From an uncultured Thermoplasmata archaeon (GTDB taxonomy: Archaea; Thermoplasmatota; Thermoplasmata; Lutacidiplasmatales; UBA184), in assembly GCA_963735185.1 (NCBI GenBank), contig CAVTJV010000007.1, positions 200,566 to 264,565 of the forward strand: DNA of 64,000 bases, given 5' to 3'. The notes below the pieces were generated by a model, which made no database searches, had not been told where the DNA came from, and worked only from the letters and a program-made list of their open reading frames with translations. Positions 32,301-43,882 of the stretch are shown one piece after another. The position numbers and the translations under genes were made by a program. The stretch's first letter is position 1; every line of letters starts with the position of its first letter.

Positions 32301-35300
32301 CGTTCTCGGAAGCTGCCGCCAGCGAGGCGAGCGGGGAGAGCGAGGCGTTGGTGTACGTCGCGATCGGCGTGAACCTCACGGGGATGCCGGCGGCGGGCAC
32401 GCCGTTGGCGGTGAGCACGAACGTCGAGATGCCCGACGGGCGCACGGTGAGGTTCACGCTCAGGTTGGTCGTCCCCGAGGCGATCATGATCGGGACCCCA
32501 GCGGAACGCAGGTTGGAGTTCGCCACCGACGCGTTGACCGTGTAGTTCCCCGGACCGACGCTCCCGAGCTGGAACGCTCCGGAGGTGTTGGTGGTAGAGG
32601 TCGAAAGGACCCCGCTCGGGCCGCCCAGTGTGACGGTCGCGCCGCTCACCGCGTGTCCCAGTGCGTCGGTCACCGAACCGGTCACCGTCGCCGGTCGAAC
32701 GCCCGCGGTCGCGTTCGCGACCGACCCGGGGGTGACCGTGACCGAGGTTTGGCTATAGTTCTGCCCGGCGTAGAGAACGTCATAGTGGTAGAGGCCCGGG
32801 GCCACGTTCGTGAGGTCGAACGAGCCGCTCGCATCGGTCGTCGCGACGTACCGGGTCAGGTTGGGGCCCCAGAGGACCACCTGGGCCCCCGGGATCAGCG
32901 TGTCTCCCGGCGGAGTGTAGCTGGTGGTGTTCCCGTTCTGCCAGTAGACGAAGCCCTGGACCGAACCCGAGCCGACGGTGATCGTCTGGACCAGCGTCGG
33001 CGCATGGAAGCTGAACCCGGTCGCGCTGGGCACGTCGAGGGTCATCGATTTCAGGAGAACGCTACCGGCCTGGGAAAGACCCTGAACCGGGCCCAACGTG
33101 ACGTTCACGGTGTCGTTGCCCGGCGGAAGGATGAGGGAGAACGACCCGTCGGGTGCGGTCACCGCGGTCTGGTGGGGGATCCCCCAACCATCGTAGACCG
33201 TGACCCGCGCCCCGCCCACGGGCGAGCCGTCCGGGAGTTGGACGTCCCCAAGGAGCGGCTGCCCGGCGTAGTACTCGAGCATCGTCTCGCCGCCGCTGAA
33301 GTAACTGTACGGCCGAGTGTCGGCCGAGCCGTTGCTGTGGCTGGCGTCGGCGACCGCGGCGGGCTCATTGGTCGCGGAGCACGAACCGCCGTAGTTGGGT
33401 TGCGAGCAGAGGTAGGCGGTCTTGTAGACGATCTCGAAATGCTGGAGCATCCAGCCGGGCTCGATGGTCGAGTTCATCGTCAGGCCCGGGATCCCAGCGC
33501 TCTGTCCGATGTCCGTGCCGTTGTACCCGATGTAGATCCGGTAGATCATCGAGTCGTAGAACGGGGCGTAATAGTTCACGATCGGTGAACCGGTCGCGGT
33601 GACCCCTGAGGGGAGGTGGCCGTACGGGTAGTAGTTCCCGTCCGAGCCGAGAATACTGAGGTTGAAGAACGTCTCGGGCATCCCCGCCGAATCGATGACA
33701 CGTCCCGTCAGGTCGGCCGGAGCGTAGAAGATACCCGTGTCCGTGCCGCTGAACGGGAAGAGCCGGGAGTCGGCCATCGCGTAGCGGATCGACCAGCCCG
33801 TGTACGACTGCACGTCATTGTAGACCTTCGCGACCCCGCTCAGGGGGAGGGACGAGGCGAGGAAGTAGGTCATCGCGAGGTACATCGCGTTGTCATCGGT
33901 GAGGGTGCTCGGGTTGACCGGAAGGTACCTCTCGGGGTGAGCGACCACGAGCGCGTAGTCCGAGGAAGTGTTGACGAGCAGGTTGTGGAGCTCGTTGACA
34001 TTGAGACCGTCCGCCACCAGGATCTGGTTGAGGGCCGCGGGAAGGTCGGGGACCCCGGTGGAGCGCTGCTCGGCCTGCAGAAGGGTCGTCGTGAGCACCG
34101 CGATCGCCTGGGATTCGTTCTGGGAAAGGAGGAACTGGCCCGCCGGGTCGATCCCGTGCTGGAAGTTGTCCGCGACGCTGGGGTGATCGCCCTGGGCGAT
34201 CGCCTGGAACCCGTAATCCCACCAGCTGACGAAGGCCGGACGCTGGGGAGCTGGTAAGTTGGTGTCCTGCTGCGCGAGCCACGCGTACCCGGCGCTATCG
34301 TACTCGTTCGGCGTGTCGAGCGTGGTCCCCGCGGCTCCGAAGTAGTAGCTCGAGGGGTTCGAAGAATTGAGCTGGAGCCAGGAGGGGATCGAGGCCCCGA
34401 CCTGGGTCGCGTACGTCGACTTCGTGTTCCCGGGAATGCCCGCGTCGATCGCCACCCAGACGTTGGGTAGGATGATCATCAGCACGAGGGCCATGACCAG
34501 CACGTGCCGCGCCTTGAAGGCCTTCCGGAACGCCGAGAACTGGCTCCGGCGGTCCGCGAGAGATGCCGTGGTGCGTCGGAGGTTACCGTACCCCGCGATG
34601 TCGAGCACTCGCCGGATCGCCTCGGCGGGCAGGAGCGCGAAGATCGGCGAGCCGATGAGGAAGAACTTCGCCGCCGAGATGGGGAGGTAGATGGAAAGGA
34701 CTGCGAACACGAGGAAGACGATGTGATGGCGCTTGAATCGGCCCTTTACGAGGAGGTAGACGAAGATGGCGAACCCCACGAACGCGAGGAAGAACGTCAC
34801 GACCCCGTAGCCGATGACCAGCTGGTCGATCGACGGCGCTTGCGCTTCGGCGACGGTCGAGTAGATCAGGTTCTTGACGAAGTACCCCTGCCCTGTGATG
34901 AGGTTGGTGAAGGCGGTCGTGTCCGCGAATGCCAGGAGGCCTACCCCGGCGGCGACGATCGCTGCGAGGAACGGGATCGAGAAGACCCAGGGGATGTCCC
35001 GCATGAGCAAGAACGGCAAGAGGAGTGCGAGCGCGCCGAAGAAGAGCAACAGCGGAAGGTCGAACCACGTCGTGAACTGGCGCTGGACGATGTAATAGGG
35101 CATCGCCATGGGGAAACCGACGACCCCCACGATGGCGGTCGACACGTAGAGGCCGAACGAATCGACACGACGGATCCGCTCGATGACCATCGCGACGACG
35201 AGCGAGATCGCGATGATCACCACCCCGTAGGTGTACCCCTGCCAGGTGAGCGCGAGCGCGCCGAGGGAGACCCCGGTGAACACCGCCCATTTCACGGCGG

Positions 35301-35956
35301 TCCGTTCGCCCCGGGCGAACGCTCGGAGCGCGGGGAGGTACTGCCGAGGGTGGCGGTAGCTCTCCACCCATCGTCGGCTCCCCACCGCCTTCACGGTACG
35401 GATGTACGAGTACACGACGACGAGTACCATGAACGTGTAGAACGAGAGGTAGTTCGCGTAGCCGAAGATCGACGAGTCGATGTTCGCGCTCAGGAACGGG
35501 AAGATCATCGCCGCGATGAGTCCGGTGCGTCGGCCGGCGACCTCGCGGCCGATGAGGTAGACCGGGAACACGCCGAGCGCGGCCCAAAGCGGGGCCTGAA
35601 GGTCGAGGAACCAAGCGCCGGCCGTGACCGCGTTCCCTCCGAAGAACGGGGCGAAGACGATCCCGAGGACTGCGTTCATCCAGTCGAACAGCGGCTCTCG
35701 AGGGTTGATCCCGCCGGTCGGGAAGTTCAAGAGGGGGTCGTAGACCAGGTTCGTGTGGTTCTGGATGATGTAGGTCATCACCCGCGAGTGGTAGTACCGA
35801 GTCCGACCCCCCGGCGTAGGTGAAGAGGGGCCCCCACTGGGAGACGACGGGGTAGGCCCAGATCGAACGGATCGCGAACGCGGTCCCGAAAGCGGAAAGA
35901 AGGATGACCACCGTCCAACCGTGACGGCGCCACCACCCGGAGTTCGTCGATTCCAT
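29371..35956 (-). CDS. aglB: Oligosaccharyltransferase AglB/STT3 with a very long C-terminal repeat region (about 2,190 aa); apparent +1 frameshift at ~35798
   Basis: WWDYG, TVAEAQ, DNFQ; removing one base restores the N-terminal DSYYHSR motif and joins MESTNSGWW to the 2136-aa ORF. Confidence 0.92.
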
Positions 35957-36002
35957 ACGAGGCCGGCGCCCCTTGCCGGCGGCGCGCGAGACCGAGGGGG
36001 TG

Positions 36003-36010
36003 TATAAATA
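36003..36010 (-). promoter_or_regulatory. TATA box upstream of aglB
   Basis: TATTTATA on the minus strand about 47 nt before the ATG, in a GC-rich background. Confidence 0.6.
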
Positions 36011-36399
36011 GCCTACTCAAAGAATTCCGTCAGTAGGGAATCGTCCGAGCTCCGCGAGCTCCCTGCGGGCGACTCGGGGCGTGAGGAGCATCCGGGAAGA
36101 CCGGGGTCCCTCGGTGGGGGTCCGGAGCCGTCCCGGACCGGGCTTTCTCCAGCGCTGCCGGAGGTCGCCCGGGCCGGCTCGGCCGGACCGGACCAACGGC
36201 TCGCGCGCGACCGCAGGTCCGCCCGAATCGACGAGGCCAGGACCGGGCGACCAGCCCGGGTCCGGAGCCGAATGGGATTGGGCCCTCCTCCGGCTCGTTG
36301 GTACGGTCGATGTCGGAATCTTGTTGACTGATTACTTAAATAGCCACCACACCTGAAACACCGAGAACAGGTCGGCAACGACCGGTTCACGGAGATTCA

Positions 36400-38193
36400 A
36401 TGTCCCCCGCGGCCGCCCAAATCGCTCCTCTGCCCGAACAGTCCGGTCCCGTTTCTCCCCGGCCGCCCCTCGAACTCAACGATGTCAGCGTCATGATCGG
36501 AGGGCAGGGAGGTGACGGCACGCTGACCGTCTCCGACCTGCTCGGTCGCTATTTCCGGAAGCGAGGGCTCTACGTCTACACCTCGCGGAACGTGCTCTCG
36601 CGGATCCGAGGGGGCCACGCGGACGCGTCGGTCCGCGCGAGCCAGGACCCGATCGCCGCGGTGAAGGCGCATGTCGATGTGCTGGTCGCCTTCGACAACG
36701 AAGCGGTCGAGATGGGGAAGGCCGAGCTCGCCGCGCACGGGTTCGTCATCTACGATTCCACCACGTTCCACATCGCGGAGCCGCACTCCGCCGGGTTCCC
36801 GTTCGCGACCCTGGTCGGCGGGTCTCTCGGCCAACCGATCTTCAAGAACACCGCGGCGTACGGCGCCCTCTCGGTCCTCTTCGGCTTCGACCCCGCGCAG
36901 ACTCGCGCCGTCATCGAGGAGCGGTTCAAGCGACGGGGAGGAGAGGCGCTCGACAAGAACCTGAAGGCGCTCGAAATCGGGCGGAAAGCCGCCCTCGCGA
37001 TGCCGGGGGTCGAAAACCGCTTCTCGGTCGCGAGCGGTGACGCCCACAATCTGATCCTCACCACGGGGAACCAGGCCGCGGCGCTCGGGTTCATCGTCGG
37101 TGGGGGGCGATTCTTCGCCGGGTACCCGATTACTCCAGCGACGGAGATTCTGGAGAACGTTCAACGCTACCTCCCGGCGTTCGGTGGCGTGGTGCGTCAG
37201 GCGGAGGACGAGCTGGCCGCCATCAACATGCTCATCGGAGCGTCGTACGCGGGCGCCCGCGTGATGACGTCCACGAGCGGTCCGGGCCTGGCGCTGATGA
37301 GCGAAGGGATTTCCCACGCCGGCACCGCGGAGATCCCGCTGGTGATCGCGGACTGCCAACGGGTCGGCCCGTCGACCGGCCAGCCGACGCGCCACGAACA
37401 ATCCGACCTATCGCACCTCGCCAACCTCGGCCACGGCGAGTACCCCCGGTTCATCCTCGCGCCCGCGGACCCCGTCGACTGTTTCGACCTCACCATTGAG
37501 GCGCTCAACCTCGCCGAACGCTGGCGTCTGCCGGTGATCCTCCTCCTCGACCAGGCGCTCTCCCAGAACACCGCGACGAGCCCTCGGTTCGACCTCTCCA
37601 AGGTCCGTGTCGACCGCGGAAAGCGCCTCACTCCCGAGACCGCCGCCAAGCTCGCGCAGTACAAGGTCTACGAGTTTGCATCGGACGGCGTCAGCCCCTA
37701 CACCGCGCCCGGAACTCCGGGCATCTGGGCCGAGGTGACGGGCAACGAGCACGACGAGTGGGGGCACGTCTCCGTCAACCCGGCGAACCGGCTCAAGATG
37801 ATGAAGAAGCGGATGGAGAAGCTGGTGCACGCGCGCTCGGAGCTCCCCCCGTGCCGCCTCTTCGGCCCACCCACCGCGAAGATCGGCCTCATCGGCTTCG
37901 GTAGCACTTCCGGTCCGATTCTCGAAGCGCAGCGGCTGCTCGAGCATCGGGGCGTCGCGACCCGGTACCTGCAGGCCCGTACCGTGTTCCCCGTCCCGGT
38001 GCACGAGATCGACCCGTTCCTGAAGGAGGTCGACGTGGCGTACGTGGTCGAGCACAACTACACGGGTCAGTTGGCCCGTCTCCTACGTGAGACGATGCCC
38101 TGGCATCACGCGAAGCTCCGCTCGATCCTCAAGTACGACGGGTTGACGTTCCGGGCGCCGCAGATCGTCGCCGAGGTCAAGGGGGTGGCGTAG
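36400..38193 (+). CDS. korA: 2-oxoacid:ferredoxin oxidoreductase alpha subunit
   Basis: GGQGGDG, SRIRGGH, AGYPITPATE, TSGPG, GNEHDE. Confidence 0.93.
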   Translation: MSPAAAQIAPLPEQSGPVSPRPPLELNDVSVMIGGQGGDGTLTVSDLLGRYFRKRGLYVYTSRNVLSRIRGGHADASVRASQDPIAAVKAHVDVLVAFDNEAVEMGKAELAAHGFVIYDSTTFHIAEPHSAGFPFATLVGGSLGQPIFKNTAAYGALSVLFGFDPAQTRAVIEERFKRRGGEALDKNLKALEIGRKAALAMPGVENRFSVASGDAHNLILTTGNQAAALGFIVGGGRFFAGYPITPATEILENVQRYLPAFGGVVRQAEDELAAINMLIGASYAGARVMTSTSGPGLALMSEGISHAGTAEIPLVIADCQRVGPSTGQPTRHEQSDLSHLANLGHGEYPRFILAPADPVDCFDLTIEALNLAERWRLPVILLLDQALSQNTATSPRFDLSKVRVDRGKRLTPETAAKLAQYKVYEFASDGVSPYTAPGTPGIWAEVTGNEHDEWGHVSVNPANRLKMMKKRMEKLVHARSELPPCRLFGPPTAKIGLIGFGSTSGPILEAQRLLEHRGVATRYLQARTVFPVPVHEIDPFLKEVDVAYVVEHNYTGQLARLLRETMPWHHAKLRSILKYDGLTFRAPQIVAEVKGVA

Positions 38194-38194
38194 G

Positions 38195-39061
38195 ATGGTC
38201 CAGAACTACAAGCCCGTCCAACCGATCTGGTGCCCAGGCTGCGGCGACTTCGGCGTGCTCGCGGCGGTCAAGCGGGCCGCGGCCGGACTGAGCATTCCGA
38301 CCCACGAGTTCGTGCTCGTCGGCGGCATCGGCTGCTCGGGGTCGATCCACAATTTCATGGAGGTCAACGGGCTCCACGCGCTGCACGGTCGCCTTCTCGC
38401 CCAAGCGGTCGGAGTGAAGCTCGCGAACCCGTCCCTGACGGTCGTCGCGGCGGGCGGCGATGGCGACGGCTACGCCATCGGGATGGGGCATTTCATCCAC
38501 GCGTTCAAGAAGAACGTCTCGATCCTCTACATCGTGATGAACAACGAAACGTACGGGCTGACCAAAGGTCAGGCATCCCCGACGAGCGAGATCGGCTTCG
38601 AGGGGAATGTCGAGCCGCCGTTCATGTCGATCCTCACGGCGCTCTCGATACCCGCGCCGAACTTCATCGCGCGCGCGTTCTCCGGGGACCCGAAGGGGAT
38701 GACGGCGATCCTCACCGAGGCGCTCAAGTTCAACCGCGAGGGCCGCGGGTTCGCGTTCGTCGAGGACCTCTCCCCGTGCGTGACGTACAACGACATGTAC
38801 AAGCTCTGGCGCGAGAAGGTGCTCGACGTCTCGACCCTGGAAGGCTACGACCCCACCGACCGGAAGGCGATGTTCCGCCTCTGTCTCGAGACGACCGAAT
38901 CCGGCCGCATCCCGATCGGCGTGATGCACCGACCGAAGGTCGCCGGCCGGGACGGACTCGAGGTCAAGCTGGTCGGCGACGGACCGGGTCCGGTCCGCAC
39001 GGACATCGGGCTCGAGACGAATCGGGCGGCCTACCAGAAGCTCCTCGCGGGGCTTTCGTAG
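38195..39061 (+). CDS. korB: 2-oxoacid:ferredoxin oxidoreductase beta subunit
   Basis: WCPGCGDF, GIGCS, GDGD, YGLTKGQASPT, SPCVTYN. Confidence 0.93.
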   Translation: MVQNYKPVQPIWCPGCGDFGVLAAVKRAAAGLSIPTHEFVLVGGIGCSGSIHNFMEVNGLHALHGRLLAQAVGVKLANPSLTVVAAGGDGDGYAIGMGHFIHAFKKNVSILYIVMNNETYGLTKGQASPTSEIGFEGNVEPPFMSILTALSIPAPNFIARAFSGDPKGMTAILTEALKFNREGRGFAFVEDLSPCVTYNDMYKLWREKVLDVSTLEGYDPTDRKAMFRLCLETTESGRIPIGVMHRPKVAGRDGLEVKLVGDGPGPVRTDIGLETNRAAYQKLLAGLS

Positions 39062-39104
39062 GCGGCCGGGTCCGTTCGCCCCCGGCGCCATTCACCACGG
39101 CGAG

Positions 39105-40424
39105 GTGAGGGCCATCTGGGTCGGAATCGACGACACGGACAGCCCCCGGGGCGGGTGCACGACCTGGGTCCTCACGGAGCTGCTGACCCTCGCCCGGGAC
39201 GAGGAGGTCGACCTGATCGGGGAGCCCCGACTCGTCCGCCTCAACCCGAACATCCCGTGGAAGACGCGCGGGAACGCCGCGCTCGCGGCCCGCTTCGGCC
39301 GGGGCCGCGGCCGGCGACGGCGGCTGGGCGAGGCCGAAGGGCGGCCGCTCTGGAGCTTCCCCGCAGGAGGACCCCTCCCCCGTTCCCGCGAGGACCAGTT
39401 CCTCGAGCGGGCCTGGGAGCGGGTGCTCGCGAGGTCCCGATTGGGAGAGCCCCGGACCGACCCCGCCCTGGTCGCCGTGCGACGGCGGCTCCCCGCCCGT
39501 CTCTACTACCGGGCAGTACGGGAGATCGTCCCGATCGAGGAGACTCGGCGGTACCTGGAGTCCGTCGGCGCCGTGGTTCGCGCGGAGGGGGACGGGCGAG
39601 GGCTCGTCGGAGCCAGTGCGGCGATCGCCTGGCCCGGTCAAAGGGCTACCTGGGAGCTCATCGCCTATCGGCCCGTCGAGCGCGAAGGGGCCCGCCGGCG
39701 GGTCGACGTGGAGTCGGTCCGAACGACGGCCCGGCGCCATCCGGAGCTGTTCCTCTGCCTGGACCCGCGGACCCGCCGCCTGTTGATCACGCCCCACACT
39801 CCCTGCCCGATCCTCTTCGGCCTTCGGGGAACGCGTCCCTCGTCCCCTCTCCGGGCCCTCGGCGACGTTCGCTCCGAACCGGTCGACCGGTGGGTACTGT
39901 TCCGAACGAACCAAGCGACCGGCGACCACCTCGTACCCCGGCTCGCCCGAGAGGTGGAAGCGTACGGGTCCGGGCGAGTGTCGGCCCAGGTGATGGCGCT
40001 CCCTCACACCTTGCGAGGGGGTCACGTGCGGGTCCGCCTCGAGGACGCGGAGGGGACCGTTCTCGAAACGATCGCCTTCGAGCCGACGAAGACGTTGCCG
40101 CGCATCGTCCGCCACCTCATCCCCGGGGACCAGGTGGAAGTGTGGGGGAGCCGGGGCGCGAGCCCGGTCCTGAAGATGGAAGGCCTCCGCGTGATCTCCC
40201 TGGTGCCCCGATGGACGGAGGGCTCCCCGCCCACGTGCCCGGACTGCCGCCGCGCCACCGGGTCCCTAGGAACCGCTCGAGGGTTCCGGTGTCCTCGATG
40301 CCGACGGCGGTTCCCGCCCGAGGCGGCCCGGCGAACGCGAGCTCCCGCTCCGATCCGACTGGGGGAGTACCATCCCACTCCGTCGGCGCGTCGCCACCTC
40401 GCCCCGCTCGGCCCCGAACCGTGA
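39105..40424 (+). CDS. tiaS: tRNA(Ile2) agmatidine synthetase
   Basis: GIDDTDS..GCTT, LVRLNPNIPWKTRGN, PHTPCPILFGLRG, TNQATGDH, C-terminal zinc ribbon, RRHL. Confidence 0.95.
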   Translation: MRAIWVGIDDTDSPRGGCTTWVLTELLTLARDEEVDLIGEPRLVRLNPNIPWKTRGNAALAARFGRGRGRRRRLGEAEGRPLWSFPAGGPLPRSREDQFLERAWERVLARSRLGEPRTDPALVAVRRRLPARLYYRAVREIVPIEETRRYLESVGAVVRAEGDGRGLVGASAAIAWPGQRATWELIAYRPVEREGARRRVDVESVRTTARRHPELFLCLDPRTRRLLITPHTPCPILFGLRGTRPSSPLRALGDVRSEPVDRWVLFRTNQATGDHLVPRLAREVEAYGSGRVSAQVMALPHTLRGGHVRVRLEDAEGTVLETIAFEPTKTLPRIVRHLIPGDQVEVWGSRGASPVLKMEGLRVISLVPRWTEGSPPTCPDCRRATGSLGTARGFRCPRCRRRFPPEAARRTRAPAPIRLGEYHPTPSARRHLAPLGPEP

Positions 40425-40490
40425 GTGGTTCTTCCCTCCGGACCGAGAGCTTTTGAACCGGGCCCGGGTATTCAGGGTAGGTCCGCTCCG

Positions 40491-41423
40491 ATGGGCGCGC
40501 GCGTCCGAACGGCACTCCTCTTCGCCGTCATCATCGCGCTCTTCGTGGTGATCGGCGGCTTGGTGGGCGAGTTCGTCTTCCAATCGTGGCTCGCAGGGCT
40601 CGTCATCGCGCTCTCGCTCGCCTTCGTTCTGAACCTGGTTTCATACTTCTTCTGCGACCGGATCGTCCTCTGGTCGACCAAGGCGAAGGTGGTGTGCCCG
40701 GCCGAGGCTCCCCGCCTGGCGAAGGTCGTGGACGAGCTCGCTCCCTCGTTCGGCCTCGTCGCCCCGCGGATCGCGATCGTGCCGACGCAGACCCCGAACG
40801 CCTTCGCCACCGGACGGGACGAGCGGCACGCGATCGTCGCCGCGACCGAGGGGATCCTGCGGATGCTCGACGACCGGGAGCTCAAGGGCGTGCTCGCCCA
40901 CGAGCTCGCCCATATCCGGGACCGGGACGTCCTCCTGATGACCTTCGCGGCGACCGTGGCGGGGGCGATCTCCTACGCCGCGCAGATCGCGTTCTTCTCG
41001 ATGTTCTTCGGGGGGTCCAACAATCGCAGCGGCGTCAACCCGATCGTCCTCGTCCTGGCGCTCATCACCGCGCCCATCGCCGCGTTGCTCATCCAGCTCG
41101 CGATCTCGCGGTCGCGCGAGTTCCGGGCCGACGAGGTCGGCGCCCGCACCCTCGGGGACCCGGAAGCCCTCGCGAGCGCGCTCCAGAAGCTCGAGGTGGC
41201 GAACGTCCGACACCCGATGAACGTCGGGTCGCCCGCGCAGTCGAGCCTCTTCATCGTGAACCCGTTCCGCGGTGCCTCCTTCGCGGCGATCTTCTCGACC
41301 CACCCGCCCACCGACGAGCGGGTCCGCCGGCTTCGGGCGATGCGGGCCGACCCCTCCTACCGCCTTCACGTCCGGGGTCCCTCAGTCCAACCCGGCTCGT
41401 CGGGTCATCCCGCGAGGAGCTGA
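40491..41423 (+). CDS. htpX: Zinc metalloprotease HtpX (M48)
   Basis: PNAFATGR, HELAH, SRSREFRAD, STHPP. Confidence 0.93.
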   Translation: MGARVRTALLFAVIIALFVVIGGLVGEFVFQSWLAGLVIALSLAFVLNLVSYFFCDRIVLWSTKAKVVCPAEAPRLAKVVDELAPSFGLVAPRIAIVPTQTPNAFATGRDERHAIVAATEGILRMLDDRELKGVLAHELAHIRDRDVLLMTFAATVAGAISYAAQIAFFSMFFGGSNNRSGVNPIVLVLALITAPIAALLIQLAISRSREFRADEVGARTLGDPEALASALQKLEVANVRHPMNVGSPAQSSLFIVNPFRGASFAAIFSTHPPTDERVRRLRAMRADPSYRLHVRGPSVQPGSSGHPARS

Positions 41424-41432
41424 CGAACCCCC

Positions 41433-42551
41433 ATGCCCGCGTGTCCGGCGTGCGGATGGGAGGTCGCCCCCGAGGCGCCCCAGTGCCCGAAATGCCACCT
41501 TTCGGTGATGCTCTTCGACGCCGTCCGGGAGGCCGCCGGTGCCTCCTCCGACCGGGACCCCACCTACGTCCGCACGATCGGCGAACTGCTCGCGACCATC
41601 GACCTCGTGAAGCCGGTGGTCCCTGCCGGAAGCTCCTCGCAAGGACTCCTGAGCCGACCGAGCCGGTCGGCCGCCTCGGCTCCTCCGCCGAGCGCCCGGA
41701 AACCGGAGGCGAAGCCGATCGCCCCGCTGAAGGACCTACCGAAGCTGCCGGAGGCCAAGAGCGACGCGGAGCTCCGGCGGCGCGTGCAGGAGTACTTCGC
41801 GCTCGGTCGGCGGCTCGGGGTCGATTTCACTGACTTCGAGGCCCGCTCGAGCGCTGCGTCCCTGTCGGGCGACGGGAGCTCGCTCGAGGTCCTCGCCCGG
41901 GAGATGTTCGTACACCTCGTCTCCTCTCTCTCCGAGGAGTTCGAGGCGACCCTCGCTCAGCGGAACGAGATCTCCCAGCTCGTCCCCACCCCGAGCGCGG
42001 ACGTCGAGCTCGACGCCATCCGCGAGTCGATCCGCCTCGGCGACCTCGCGGGCGCGTTGCGCCGGTTGAGCCACGTCCGGGACGAGCTCCTCCGGGTCGA
42101 GGAGGAGTGGGAGGTCGGACGGATCCTCCTCACCGAATGCGACCTGCTCGTCCAGACCATCCGAGAGCTCGGCGGAGACCCCGCTCCCGCCCAGGGTCCC
42201 CTCGAGGAGGGGAGAAAGTCCCTTTCGAAAGGTCAGCGCTCCGACGCCGAGAAGCTACTCGCGCGCGCTGCGGTCGCGCTCTGGACGGTGCTCGAACCCC
42301 GGTTCTTCGAGGAGCTGCGTCGGATCCGGGACCGGATGAACGACGCGCGCAGCGGCGGGGGCGACATCGCGCCCGCCGTCACCGACCTACGGGAAGTGGC
42401 CACCGAGCTCCGCCAGCGCAACTTCGTGGGGATGCTGACGGCATACCACCGACTGAAAGCGTTCGCCGACCAGCTCCTGCCGCTCGGGTCCGCGGAGGTC
42501 GGGGCCGGGGTCCTCGCGTCCGGGACCCGTTCGGACGCGCCGTCCGCATAG
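41433..42551 (+). CDS. Hypothetical protein with an N-terminal zinc ribbon and helical body
   Basis: CPACG...CPKC; host-like codon usage. Confidence 0.75.
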   Translation: MPACPACGWEVAPEAPQCPKCHLSVMLFDAVREAAGASSDRDPTYVRTIGELLATIDLVKPVVPAGSSSQGLLSRPSRSAASAPPPSARKPEAKPIAPLKDLPKLPEAKSDAELRRRVQEYFALGRRLGVDFTDFEARSSAASLSGDGSSLEVLAREMFVHLVSSLSEEFEATLAQRNEISQLVPTPSADVELDAIRESIRLGDLAGALRRLSHVRDELLRVEEEWEVGRILLTECDLLVQTIRELGGDPAPAQGPLEEGRKSLSKGQRSDAEKLLARAAVALWTVLEPRFFEELRRIRDRMNDARSGGGDIAPAVTDLREVATELRQRNFVGMLTAYHRLKAFADQLLPLGSAEVGAGVLASGTRSDAPSA

Positions 42552-42580
42552 ATAATTAGGCGGCCCGGGGTCGACGGGTC

Positions 42581-43882
42581 GTGCCGACCGAGGCGTTGCG
42601 AGGGTTCCGGGACTATCCCCCTCCCGAGGGGGGCGCTCGTTCCGAGATCCGCCGCCGGATGCGCTCCGCGGCGCGCCGGGGGGGCTTTAGCGAGCTCGAG
42701 ACCCCCTGTGTCGAGAGCTTCGAGCTGTACCAGACGAAGAGCGGCGAGGGGATCGCGGCTCAGGCCTGGATGTTCCATGACAAGGGGGACCGCCCGGTCG
42801 CCCTCGCCCCGGAGACGACCCCCTCCCTGGCCCGCGTCTTCGCCGCCCGGGCGAAGTCGGAGCCGCTCCCGGTGAAATGGTTCACCGTGTCGAAGCAATG
42901 GCGCTACGAGGAGCCCCAGGCCGGGAGGACCCGGGAGTTCGTCCAGTTCAACCTCGACATCCTCGGGGTTCCCGGGGTCGAGGCCGAGGCGGACATCCTG
43001 GCGACGACCGCGCTCCTCCTCGACGAGGTCGGAGCCCAGGACCTGTACGCCTTCCGGCTGAGCGACCGCGCGATCGCCGATGGCCTCGGCCGAAGGGCGG
43101 GGGCTCGCGAGACGGGACCGTTCTTCCGCGCGGTCGACCAGTTCCGGAAGATCCCGGACGCGGAGTTCGAGAGCGAACTCGCCGCCGCCGGCGTCCCGCC
43201 CGACCGGGCCGAGTCGCTGCGCTCGTTCTTCGACAGCGTTGGCACCGGGGTTCCTCCCGCGAGCCTGGAGCCGTTCCTGGCCGAGCTCTCGCGCGACGGG
43301 TTCGACGCTCCCGCGAAGGAAGGGGTCGAGCGGGTCCGCAAGCTGTTCGGGTTGCTCGACCGGTCCGGGCTTTCCGACCGGGTCGTCTTCGACCCAACGG
43401 TCGTACGGGGCCTCGCCTACTACACGTCCAGCGTCTTCGAGGGATACGCGAAGAAGGGCGACTCCCGTTCGATCTTCGGGGGCGGTCGGTACGACCACCT
43501 GATCGAGCTGTTCGGGGGCCCTCCGACGCCCGCCGCGGGGATGGCCCTCGGCGACCAGACCCTCGAGATCCTGCTCAAGGACGCCGGGCGGTGGCCCGAA
43601 GGAGAACCGCCGCTCGACACCTTCGTGGCCGTCGCCGACCCGGCTCGGCACGCCGACGCGATCGCGCTCGTCCAAGAGCTGCGACGCGCCGGGCTGAGCG
43701 CGGACTGCGACCTGCTGTCCCGGAACCTCTCGCGCCAGCTCAAGGAGGCGGCGCGCCGCCGGAGCCGTCGTGCCCTGATCCTGGGGCTCCGTGAGGTGGC
43801 GCCGGATGTCCTGGTCGAGCGTGATCTCGCGACGGGTGCGCAACGTGAGGTCGCTCGGAGCGCGGCGGTACGACCGGTGTGA
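42581..43882 (+). CDS. hisS: Histidine--tRNA ligase
   Basis: RGFRD, PETT, WRYEEPQAGRTREFVQ, RGLAYYT, GGGRYD. Confidence 0.96.
   Translation: MPTEALRGFRDYPPPEGGARSEIRRRMRSAARRGGFSELETPCVESFELYQTKSGEGIAAQAWMFHDKGDRPVALAPETTPSLARVFAARAKSEPLPVKWFTVSKQWRYEEPQAGRTREFVQFNLDILGVPGVEAEADILATTALLLDEVGAQDLYAFRLSDRAIADGLGRRAGARETGPFFRAVDQFRKIPDAEFESELAAAGVPPDRAESLRSFFDSVGTGVPPASLEPFLAELSRDGFDAPAKEGVERVRKLFGLLDRSGLSDRVVFDPTVVRGLAYYTSSVFEGYAKKGDSRSIFGGGRYDHLIELFGGPPTPAAGMALGDQTLEILLKDAGRWPEGEPPLDTFVAVADPARHADAIALVQELRRAGLSADCDLLSRNLSRQLKEAARRRSRRALILGLREVAPDVLVERDLATGAQREVARSAAVRPV

Noticed and set aside
36020-36330. GC-rich intergenic stretch as RNase P or SRP RNA
   Set aside because: No GAGGAAAGTCC or SRP helix-8 consensus found by eye
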